From: a phage | Strand: one strand, 5' to 3' | Length of the DNA: 64,000 bases | Assembly (NCBI GenBank): GCA_018027755.1 | Contig: GCA_018027755.1_4098.1 | Shown here: positions 56,759 to 64,000 of the stretch, piece after piece | How the letters are laid out: the number at the start of each line of letters is the position of its first letter | How positions within the stretch are numbered: position 1 is the first letter of the stretch | Program-made: the position numbers and the translations under genes | Notes under the pieces: generated by a model | What the model saw: the letters and a program-made list of their open reading frames with translations, nothing else | What the model was told of the DNA's origin: nothing | The model's database searches: none

Positions 56759-57034
56759 ATGAATTATAAAGTTCTACAATATACATACAGTGTTTTGTTT
56801 GATTTACATCACAATGGAAGATATCTCAATACAATACGAGAAAACACATTCACTCATACTATCTGGATTAATCACTTAATAATGATACGTGAATATTTTG
56901 TTAATAGTGAGATAATCATTCGTGGTAAAAAACAGAAGATAGAACAAGTTAATAGTTTTGGTGGTAAATTAGTACTATCATTTATAGATAGTAATACTAA
57001 TGAAAGATATAGTATAGATTTGGTGGACATATGA
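56759..57034 (+). CDS. Fam-D paralog 1
   Basis: N-terminus MNYKVLQYTYSVLFDL; SD AAGGGGA. Confidence 0.6.
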   Translation: MNYKVLQYTYSVLFDLHHNGRYLNTIRENTFTHTIWINHLIMIREYFVNSEIIIRGKKQKIEQVNSFGGKLVLSFIDSNTNERYSIDLVDI

Positions 57035-57297
57035 ATTATAAAGATTTCCTACTAACATACAAGATTATTCGAGATTTAGCACACGACAATGATAGCCCTA
57101 GTCTAGAAGACACATGCACTGAAATGATTCATACAATTCGTGGTAAGATTAAAAAAAAATTCAGTACTGTTATTATTGGTGATGACCATGCAGAATTTTC
57201 TGATATAATCATTAGACGTGATGGTAAAGTTGAGGTTCAGTACTACACTGATTTTGGATTTACCAGTATTCCGTTGGAGATATTCCCTTGGGATTAA
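57031..57297 (+). CDS. Fam-D paralog 2
   Basis: N-terminus MNYKDFLLTYKIIRDL; ATGA overlap. Confidence 0.6.
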   Translation: MNYKDFLLTYKIIRDLAHDNDSPSLEDTCTEMIHTIRGKIKKKFSTVIIGDDHAEFSDIIIRRDGKVEVQYYTDFGFTSIPLEIFPWD

Positions 57298-57599
57298 ATT
57301 TAAATGATATACAATTCACTTATAAGATCCTATATGATTTGTATGATGTATACCTTGTTAGTAACAAAATAGGTTCACATAACCCATACAAAGAACAACC
57401 ATTTATTGATTTATATATTGAGTACTTAGATTCAGTAGGTGAATATATAAAAAAGAATTACAGTACTTTTATCGACGGAAATGATATATTCGAGTTCTCT
57501 GGAGTTAAATCATACAATGGGATTATCCATGTTGAATTTCTTGAAATAACCGATAGGGGATTTATCGAGATTAAAGTTGTGAAGTTGGTGAATTTATAA
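57288..57599 (+). CDS. Fam-D paralog 3
   Basis: LNDIQFTYKILYDL; non-ATG (TTG) start, uncertain. Confidence 0.5.
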   Translation: MGLNLNDIQFTYKILYDLYDVYLVSNKIGSHNPYKEQPFIDLYIEYLDSVGEYIKKNYSTFIDGNDIFEFSGVKSYNGIIHVEFLEITDRGFIEIKVVKLVNL

Positions 57600-57609
57600 G
57601 AGGTTACAT

Positions 57610-57921
57610 ATGTTATTAAATGATATACAATTCACATACAAATTTTTGTATATCCAATACGCTACGGTTGATGCTGGAGAATATCTCTACGGTGAAATCT
57701 ATCGTTCGGTATGGATAAAGTTTTTGGATGAATTACATGAATATTACCATGATTTGTGTATAGTTCGTGATAATAAAATATACAAATTCCGCGATATTGT
57801 TAGTCATAGCGGTAAGCTACGATTGGAATTAAGTACTGATAGTGATGTTGATTGGATTGGTGTAAATTTACTGGAGTTGGAGAATGAAAAACAACTTAAA
57901 GGAAATACAAGTATTTTATAA
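57610..57921 (+). CDS. Fam-D paralog 4
   Basis: LNDIQFTYKFLYIQ; SD AAGAGG. Confidence 0.65.
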   Translation: MLLNDIQFTYKFLYIQYATVDAGEYLYGEIYRSVWIKFLDELHEYYHDLCIVRDNKIYKFRDIVSHSGKLRLELSTDSDVDWIGVNLLELENEKQLKGNTSIL

Positions 57922-58168
57922 ATTCTTATACTTGTCATATGTAAAAGATGAGTACTATGAAAGTGTGTATTATTTTTTATGGCAACATTACCGTACTATA
58001 GTAAGAGATTTATATATAGGAAAATCTATCATATCCAATGGTGAAAAATGTATATGTACTGATGTTGTTAGTTTTAATGGTTCTTTAACACTGTGTTTCA
58101 GATGCGATAATAATAATGGGTCATTTTCATTAAACGTATATCAGTTAGAAGGAATAAATTTTGAATAA
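57884..58168 (+). CDS. Fam-D paralog 5
   Basis: LKEIQVFYKFLYLS; overlaps upstream gene. Confidence 0.55.
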   Translation: MKNNLKEIQVFYKFLYLSYVKDEYYESVYYFLWQHYRTIVRDLYIGKSIISNGEKCICTDVVSFNGSLTLCFRCDNNNGSFSLNVYQLEGINFE

Positions 58169-58361
58169 ATGTCCATATTGTAACAGTACTCAATTAGCTC
58201 GTTTCCGTTTAGATTCAGACTGGGCGACTGGTGCTGGTGATTTCTTCCCTATTAATGATGATGCAGAATACACCGAAGAACAGCACAAAGATTTTGATAA
58301 ATCATGGCGACCTGACATTGAGTGCATTTATTGCCTTAATTGTGAGCGTGTTCATGACTAA
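58161..58361 (+). CDS. small zinc-ribbon-like protein (66 aa)
   Basis: CPYC ... CIYCLNC Cys pairs. Confidence 0.55.
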   Translation: MNKCPYCNSTQLARFRLDSDWATGAGDFFPINDDAEYTEEQHKDFDKSWRPDIECIYCLNCERVHD

Positions 58362-58617
58362 AGCTGAACTAATAGTTCATACATATAAAATGATATCAAG
58401 TACTGAGTTATCATATAGTGCAGATAATCCAGTACTGGATTATTTTGTTGAATTATTGAAAGAGCATTATATTGGTAAATCACTGATTCTTAATAATATT
58501 AATTTCACGGTAAAGGATGTAGCACCTGGAAAAAACGTACTAATAGTATGTGTTACTTCATCTGATAACCCAGTATACCCAATATCAATAATTTTTGAGA
58601 TATTAGGAGATTTATGA
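58354..58617 (+). CDS. Fam-D paralog 6
   Basis: internal ATG with ATGA overlap (track 58231); same size class as Fam-D. Confidence 0.5.
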   Translation: MTKAELIVHTYKMISSTELSYSADNPVLDYFVELLKEHYIGKSLILNNINFTVKDVAPGKNVLIVCVTSSDNPVYPISIIFEILGDL

Positions 58618-58904
58618 ATATCATTTTAATGCAGAAAACATATGCTATATTGGTGAAAGATTATTCCATTACTTTCGATTCACAAGAAAGTGCTCTACAT
58701 AACCTATACAAAAACGTAACACAAGAATACAGAAATATGTTTTCTGACTTAGTAGTAGGAAGGTATTTCAGTACTAGAAAATACCCAAAACTTCAAATAG
58801 TTGATGTTTCTTTTTATTTCAATGGTCATATTACTATTCATAGTTTAGACCAAGATTCAACAACGTACTTAAACTTTTCATTTGATGAGGTAACATTTTT
58901 ATGA
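58614..58904 (+). CDS. Fam-D paralog 7
   Basis: N-terminus MNIILMQKTYAILVKDY; ATGA overlap. Confidence 0.55.
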   Translation: MNIILMQKTYAILVKDYSITFDSQESALHNLYKNVTQEYRNMFSDLVVGRYFSTRKYPKLQIVDVSFYFNGHITIHSLDQDSTTYLNFSFDEVTFL

Positions 58905-59074
58905 GAACAGTATTTTTTATCTGGAGTCTTTTTTCATTGGCAGTACTGACAGTATGTGGGATTTGTTTACTTTCGACAATGAATGTCTGGTACATTAATT
59001 TACTATTCCCATTCGTAGGTGTAGGTTTAGGATTTACTTTACATAGTGTTTGTAAGGATTTTAATGGCAAATAA
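58901..59074 (+). CDS. small membrane protein (57 aa), two predicted TM helices
   Basis: ATGA overlap; hydrophobic; below track cutoff. Confidence 0.45.
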   Translation: MRTVFFIWSLFSLAVLTVCGICLLSTMNVWYINLLFPFVGVGLGFTLHSVCKDFNGK

Positions 59075-59348
59075 ATCGAATGAAGTACTTGTTGCTGAAA
59101 CAATGAAGATGGTTTATGCCATAACAACTAGTAATGATTTGTCTTACCCAATTAAGTCCAAGTTGAGGGATATAACTCTTCAGGTTATACAGCAGTACTA
59201 CAAATCTAAACACAAAAGTATTATTAATGTTTATCGTGACTATGAAAGGATTCGCATTTTGTTCTGGAACAAGAATCGAGTTCGTTCGGAATGTGATATA
59301 GAAAACTTTAAATTTGAGAATCTTTATTGTTACAAAGCGGGACAATAG
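59064..59348 (+). CDS. hypothetical protein (94 aa)
   Basis: internal ATG (track 59046); overlaps upstream small ORF. Confidence 0.5.
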   Translation: MANKSNEVLVAETMKMVYAITTSNDLSYPIKSKLRDITLQVIQQYYKSKHKSIINVYRDYERIRILFWNKNRVRSECDIENFKFENLYCYKAGQ

Positions 59349-59397
59349 CTCAAGTAGTGATATAATATTGGATGAGGAACAATAACTAACACAAGGA

Positions 59398-60330
59398 GTG
59401 TGTAAAGTGCCAAGTAAAAAGCCAGATTCTGAAGTATTCAGACTGGTTGATGAAAAATTGAGTTCAATTGGTTCATCGGTAAAAATGGATAGAACAACAT
59501 ACACTACTATATCAAACAAATCAACTTTTTTCTGTGATGAATGTGGGTTTAGTAAAAATATCATAGTTAGGAATGTGTACAAAAATGGAATATTTTGTCA
59601 CTGTCCCACATTTAAAACTTTATATAATAAATTGGGTGAAATTAATTCAAAATTAAAATTAGATATTTCCACATTCACAACTACAAAAAACAAATCTAGA
59701 TTTTATTGTGACGATTGTGCGTTTGAAAGATATATGACGGTGCATGATGTTAAGTCTAGAGGTTCATATTGTAAATGTCATTCATCATATTGTATGCCGT
59801 TAGATATCGACGAAGCATATAACACTATTATGAATAAAATAAAAGATTACTCAAATACAATATATATGGATAAATCTACATACCGTGGTACACAATATAA
59901 GGTTAGATTTTATTGTACAGCGTGTAATTTTGACAAATATATTAATTATAGTAGAGTTAAATGTGGATCTCTTAACTGCAATTGTATCAGACCAATCCCA
60001 GAAGAAAGTAAATTATATATTTTAGGAATATATGAACAAAATATTTTAATAAAATATAAAGTTGGTATTTCTACAAAGATTGATAAATCAAGACTAATTA
60101 GTATTAGGTCAAAAACTAATTTTATAGTAGAGGAATTATATTATTTTACTGGAAATACCGAAGTTATTAAAAGTGTAGAATATAATATTTTAAATCTGCT
60201 TAAAAATAGTAGTAAATTGCCAAAGGATTATTTTGGTGATGGGTATACTGAAACATTTGATTTACAAGACATAAATCTTGTTATTGATTATGTATGTAAA
60301 TGTTTACTCGAAAATAAATTAAAAATATGA
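59398..60330 (+). CDS. Cys-repeat protein with GIY-YIG-like (T5orf172-type) C-terminal domain; paralog of 54226 gene
   Basis: three FxCDxCxF...CxC repeats; C-terminal KLYILGIY...KVGISTKIDKSR...DGYTET; SD AAGGAG; GTG start. Confidence 0.4.
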   Translation: MCKVPSKKPDSEVFRLVDEKLSSIGSSVKMDRTTYTTISNKSTFFCDECGFSKNIIVRNVYKNGIFCHCPTFKTLYNKLGEINSKLKLDISTFTTTKNKSRFYCDDCAFERYMTVHDVKSRGSYCKCHSSYCMPLDIDEAYNTIMNKIKDYSNTIYMDKSTYRGTQYKVRFYCTACNFDKYINYSRVKCGSLNCNCIRPIPEESKLYILGIYEQNILIKYKVGISTKIDKSRLISIRSKTNFIVEELYYFTGNTEVIKSVEYNILNLLKNSSKLPKDYFGDGYTETFDLQDINLVIDYVCKCLLENKLKI

Positions 60331-60355
60331 AAATCATAAACACAAGGAATGTGAA

Positions 60356-61084
60356 ATGATAGATAATATAAAATTTGCAACAGAAATGGCGAATCAACTC
60401 AATATTGCAAATTTCCAAATGTTAACATCTGTTATGGCTGAACATGCTGCGGCATATTCATCTAGCGGTATACAATGTGGACAAGCTAACATGTTAGCTG
60501 ATGTTTATAGTGAAGTTCAAAGCAAACAATATAGCGTAAAGACATACAAGGATAAGTTCGTAAGTCTTTATATGAATGAAGATATTTCAGAAGACCGCAA
60601 ATTCACCGATTTTATTATTGAACGCCGTATTAGTGGGGTTTCAGACCCAAATGCAGCAAGTGATATTGTATTCGATGAGGTATTAAAAGATATATATGAA
60701 AATGAATTGAAAAGTAAGAATCATTACAATGTACGTGAAACTAACACAGTGCTAGTTGGATATGATGAAGACGACCAATATTTCTATTTTCGTATAACAG
60801 AAGTTCCATTTGAATATAAAAAACCATCCACTACATCGGTAAAAGAATTCACTGAGAAGAGTAAAAACTTCAAGAAACACGAAGGAAACCGTTGTAGTAT
60901 TAATGGTTATGATGAAAATGGTGTTCATGTTTATGAATGGGTTTCACCTAATTGCCAAACATACACTCGTTGCTTGAAAAAACGTTATAATTTAGAAGAG
61001 CATGAATCATTCTATTTTAAAGTTAAGAAGCAAGGTTACACTCGCCCCGCCGATTCTGAATTGATGGGTATGATATATTTCTAA
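60356..61084 (+). CDS. hypothetical protein (242 aa)
   Basis: track ORF; SD AAGGAA. Confidence 0.6.
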   Translation: MIDNIKFATEMANQLNIANFQMLTSVMAEHAAAYSSSGIQCGQANMLADVYSEVQSKQYSVKTYKDKFVSLYMNEDISEDRKFTDFIIERRISGVSDPNAASDIVFDEVLKDIYENELKSKNHYNVRETNTVLVGYDEDDQYFYFRITEVPFEYKKPSTTSVKEFTEKSKNFKKHEGNRCSINGYDENGVHVYEWVSPNCQTYTRCLKKRYNLEEHESFYFKVKKQGYTRPADSELMGMIYF

Positions 61085-61094
61085 GGAAACTTCT

Positions 61095-61376
61095 ATGGAT
61101 TTTTATCTACACACATGGACATACGAACAATATATTACATTATATCTTGAAATTATTAACACAGAACCTAGGTGTGGTTGTTGGTTCGCAGATATCATAA
61201 AAGAGTATGCTGACGAGTTCGAGTTTGTGTATCTTGGGTCTGATATATTTGTAAAAAGTGTAGGTAAAACCGGACGAATCACTGATATAGATTACGACAC
61301 TGTTAGTGTGAATTTCTATGTTGATTTTCCTGATGCTGGCGTTGATGGTGTATATTGTCTATATGAAATAATTTAA
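61095..61376 (+). CDS. hypothetical protein (93 aa)
   Basis: track ORF; terminator follows. Confidence 0.55.
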   Translation: MDFYLHTWTYEQYITLYLEIINTEPRCGCWFADIIKEYADEFEFVYLGSDIFVKSVGKTGRITDIDYDTVSVNFYVDFPDAGVDGVYCLYEII

Positions 61377-61384
61377 ATTTTAAG

Positions 61385-61407
61385 GCCAGCGTTTGCTGGT
61401 CTTTTTT
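61385..61407 (+). terminator. rho-independent terminator
   Basis: stem GCCAGC/GCTGGT then T-run. Confidence 0.6.
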
Positions 61408-61420
61408 CGCAGGTACAAAG

Positions 61421-61723
61421 ATGCTCAGTATAGATTTAATTAACAGTACTATCAAAATGTTGGCTGATTTGGTGAGACAATCAAATGGAACTTTATATTC
61501 TGCAATGTATAAAATGTTTGACCGATATATCAAGGATTGTAACATATCATTATATGGACTTGCTGTTGATATAGACGATTACTATGGAATTAATACTTCA
61601 TATAAAACAGGAATTTTAATTGGTATTAATATAAAGATGGGGTATTTCCCTTATTACTGTATAGGATTACCAGATAATACTTTGGTAGAATATCCAGCCA
61701 GTACTATTAAATTAAGAGGATAA
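61421..61723 (+). CDS. hypothetical protein (100 aa)
   Basis: track ORF. Confidence 0.55.
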   Translation: MLSIDLINSTIKMLADLVRQSNGTLYSAMYKMFDRYIKDCNISLYGLAVDIDDYYGINTSYKTGILIGINIKMGYFPYYCIGLPDNTLVEYPASTIKLRG

Positions 61724-61730
61724 AACTAAA

Positions 61731-62309
61731 ATGAATGTATTAGAATTAAGTACTAAGCTGATTAGTATGCGTAATGAGTGGTACGATTGGTTTTATAATG
61801 GTACTGATATGGATTTTTCAAAATATCCATTTATGGAATCAGGATGTGATGCAAGATACCGCTGGTTGAGCAAAGATTGTTCTGGTTTACATATTCTAGT
61901 TGACGATAGTGGTCAGGGAATTATAAAAGATTTACTTCAAGTTGAACAACTCGTCCATGATAATTGGTGTGATAACGATCCATACCTTGGAAATATGATT
62001 TATGTAAGTGAAGATGATTGCATATTCGTTATCCAGCGTCATGGTAATTCTATGTTTTATGTAGCAGACAGCAGTACTCCAGAAGGTGCAGCAGCCGATG
62101 GTCTTATGCCTAAGATTGATATATTGGAATTTGGATTACCTGAGCACTTCCAGATTAGTACTTTATACGATATTCCACCACTTGAGTTCTTTGAAGAATT
62201 TAAATTGTACTACAATGATCTTCAAAAATTGAGTACTGATCGACGCATTGAAATAACTGTTAAGTACATGGACGGAACGAAATTAACTGATACGGGGATA
62301 GAATTTTGA
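61731..62309 (+). CDS. Fam-B paralog
   Basis: motif LPEHFQISTLYD. Confidence 0.6.
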   Translation: MNVLELSTKLISMRNEWYDWFYNGTDMDFSKYPFMESGCDARYRWLSKDCSGLHILVDDSGQGIIKDLLQVEQLVHDNWCDNDPYLGNMIYVSEDDCIFVIQRHGNSMFYVADSSTPEGAAADGLMPKIDILEFGLPEHFQISTLYDIPPLEFFEEFKLYYNDLQKLSTDRRIEITVKYMDGTKLTDTGIEF

Positions 62310-62995
62310 TTAAAGATTTAGATAGAATTTTATATGTACTAAGGGGTGTAATTACATTACATCCACAAATCAATCGAATTGAAAGTACATTTCAGTTGGA
62401 GTCAAGAGAAACTCCATATTCACATATATCAAATGTAGTTGGTTCACTCAGTACTGAAGACTCGCCTTACGATATTTGTGTATGTGAAGTACAACCAAGT
62501 TCGGATCTTGGATTTGCTATTTTTGATAAAAATCAAAATCTCATTAGTATGTTTCAGTGCAATAATCCTTTTTGGAAAACATGCCTGTATCCAGAGTGGG
62601 CGATGCTTGATCCAACCAAGAGTACCATTAAAGTTTATGACTCTAAAAATGATGAAGTCGTTATTGATTTGGATGAGTCAATGTCAGAGGAAGAACACTT
62701 TCAGCTAATGATGATGCGTGCTATGCCTGAGTACAATGCAATGATTAACACTGTGCAATACATTAAGGATACTATGCCATCATTGCGTACACATGAGTTT
62801 TGTCATCCTGTATTGTATGAACATTTGGATTTAGATTTCAGTACTATTAAATTTAAAGATAGTGTTATTAGATATATCCAAGAGGTTACTAAATTTGATT
62901 TTATTAGTACTATGAACAATAATCCAAAAACTAATTTTAGGCATCAGTACAATGAATCTTTGTCCGGTGGACGCGATACAAGTTGGTGGAAATAA
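62306..62995 (+). CDS. Fam-B paralog
   Basis: motif EEEHFQLMMMRA; ATGA overlap. Confidence 0.6.
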   Translation: MIKDLDRILYVLRGVITLHPQINRIESTFQLESRETPYSHISNVVGSLSTEDSPYDICVCEVQPSSDLGFAIFDKNQNLISMFQCNNPFWKTCLYPEWAMLDPTKSTIKVYDSKNDEVVIDLDESMSEEEHFQLMMMRAMPEYNAMINTVQYIKDTMPSLRTHEFCHPVLYEHLDLDFSTIKFKDSVIRYIQEVTKFDFISTMNNNPKTNFRHQYNESLSGGRDTSWWK

Positions 62996-62996
62996 T

Positions 62997-63260
62997 ATGA
63001 ATATTAAAGATAGATTACAATTACTATACACTATTGAACAGGCTGCTTTTGAACTTGTTAATAAAATCTCCGAAGAACTTCCCAAAGGAACTATAGTTCG
63101 TGTAATTGAGAGGGATTATGAATCTGGAGAAATTGAAGAACTAGTACTAACCGTGAATAAAGTAACATACTATGAATCTGAGTTGGCTATCCAATGTATA
63201 TCGGAAGATGGTAAAATATACTATTATGACACTGGTGTAGATATAGAGGTAATAAAATGA
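62997..63260 (+). CDS. hypothetical protein (87 aa)
   Basis: internal ATG (track 62952); ATGA overlap with rnlA start. Confidence 0.55.
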   Translation: MNIKDRLQLLYTIEQAAFELVNKISEELPKGTIVRVIERDYESGEIEELVLTVNKVTYYESELAIQCISEDGKIYYYDTGVDIEVIK

Positions 63261-64000
63261 CCCTTTTACAAATATATGAAGATTTAATGCACTTATGTAA
63301 TACAAACGATGCGTTTTTTTATGTGGATCATAAAAGTCCTGCTGGTGGTACGTATCGTGTATTCAGTTATCGTCTAGCATCATACACTGATTTCATGCAA
63401 CCAAATGCGTTGGAAACCCGTGGCTCTATGTGGGAAATTGATGAAGAAGGTGACATGATACGTTGTGCAGCACGTACAATGAAAAAGTTCTTCAATGCTT
63501 ACGAGAATCCTGCTACAATGTTCCCTGCTAACACCACATGCGATGACATTGCGGTAGTGATGCCTAAGTTGGATGGTTCGATTATCAGTACTTATCGTGA
63601 TAATGATGGTGAGATTCGTTGTAAATCACATACTGCATTGTATTCTGACCATGCGATTAACAGTACTCGACTTATTAACGAGAACCAGAATTTGTACCAG
63701 TACATCGACGAAGCGGAACGTTTAGGTTACACAGTTAATATGGAGTATACAAGCCCAGAGTACCGAATTGTATTACCATATCAGGTAGAACAACTGTTTG
63801 TACTGAACGTTCGACATCGTGTGAGTGGTGAGTTGCTATGTGGTAAAGCACTACGTGATAAGTTTCCATGTCTTGCACAGTACAGTACTAATATGACTGG
63901 AAAAGATATTCATCACACTTTTCCGGTACGAAATACCTTCCGTGAAAGCGTGGAGGAAGTTCATAAAATGCTTGATATTGAGGGTTTTGTGTGCATCCTA
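63257..64000 (+). CDS. rnlA: RNA ligase 1 (T4 gp63/RnlA-like), 3' end outside window
   Basis: recalled similarity to T4 RnlA N-terminal domain: FFYVD...GGTYRVFSY, ALETRG, KFFN..ENP, lysine motif KLDGS. Confidence 0.85.
   Translation, partial: MTLLQIYEDLMHLCNTNDAFFYVDHKSPAGGTYRVFSYRLASYTDFMQPNALETRGSMWEIDEEGDMIRCAARTMKKFFNAYENPATMFPANTTCDDIAVVMPKLDGSIISTYRDNDGEIRCKSHTALYSDHAINSTRLINENQNLYQYIDEAERLGYTVNMEYTSPEYRIVLPYQVEQLFVLNVRHRVSGELLCGKALRDKFPCLAQYSTNMTGKDIHHTFPVRNTFRESVEEVHKMLDIEGFVCIL

Noticed and set aside
59061-59582. 173-aa minus-strand ORF from the six-frame track
   Set aside because: Overlaps well-supported + strand genes, has a low-complexity Leu/Ser/Phe-rich translation typical of AT-rich antisense frames, and lacks a promoter or SD.
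1-64000. tRNA, rRNA or CRISPR features
   Set aside because: No cloverleaf-compatible sequence with a GTTCRANNC T-loop, no rRNA-like stretch and no repeat-spacer array was recognised by eye; a dedicated tRNA scan could still find one.

Overview
Phage-derived window in which every credible gene is on the + strand. (1) 1-14.6 kb: about 45 small early-type gene cassettes, most with a sigma70-like promoter (TTGACA or CTTGCA, 16-18 nt spacer, TATAAT-like -10, often AGTACTG just upstream of the -10), many with a conserved GGGGAGAA-loop-TTCTCCCC hairpin in the 5' leader, then a Shine-Dalgarno. Recognisable products here are a TraR/DksA-type zinc finger, a small GNAT-like protein and a Ser/Thr-kinase-like protein. 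(2) 14.9-20.8 kb: 27 tandem, translationally coupled ~70-aa paralogs (Fam-A, C-terminal LGTxYQ motif). (3) 20.7-52.5 kb and 61.7-63.0 kb: about 55 tandem paralogs of 100-285 aa (Fam-B) sharing an E-E-x-[YF]-F-Q-x-S core, with stray Fam-A-like genes embedded. (4) 53-56 kb: MORN/YwqK-like protein, T1-type Dam-like N6-adenine methyltransferase, Cys-repeat proteins with a GIY-YIG-like (T5orf172-type) C-terminus, and an NMN-adenylyltransferase-like protein. (5) 56.8-58.9 kb: a third small paralog array (Fam-D). (6) The window ends in the 5' part of a T4 RnlA-like RNA ligase 1 gene, so the source is probably a T4-related virulent phage of a Gram-negative host. The hexamer AGTACT is roughly 15-20-fold over-represented throughout. 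The most unusual content is the ~38 kb of tandem Fam-A/Fam-B paralogs, which I could not assign to any described function. CDS coordinates follow the supplied ORF track where possible; starts I moved to an internal ATG with a better ribosome-binding site are noted, and several array-gene starts remain approximate. No tRNA, rRNA or CRISPR was detected by eye.
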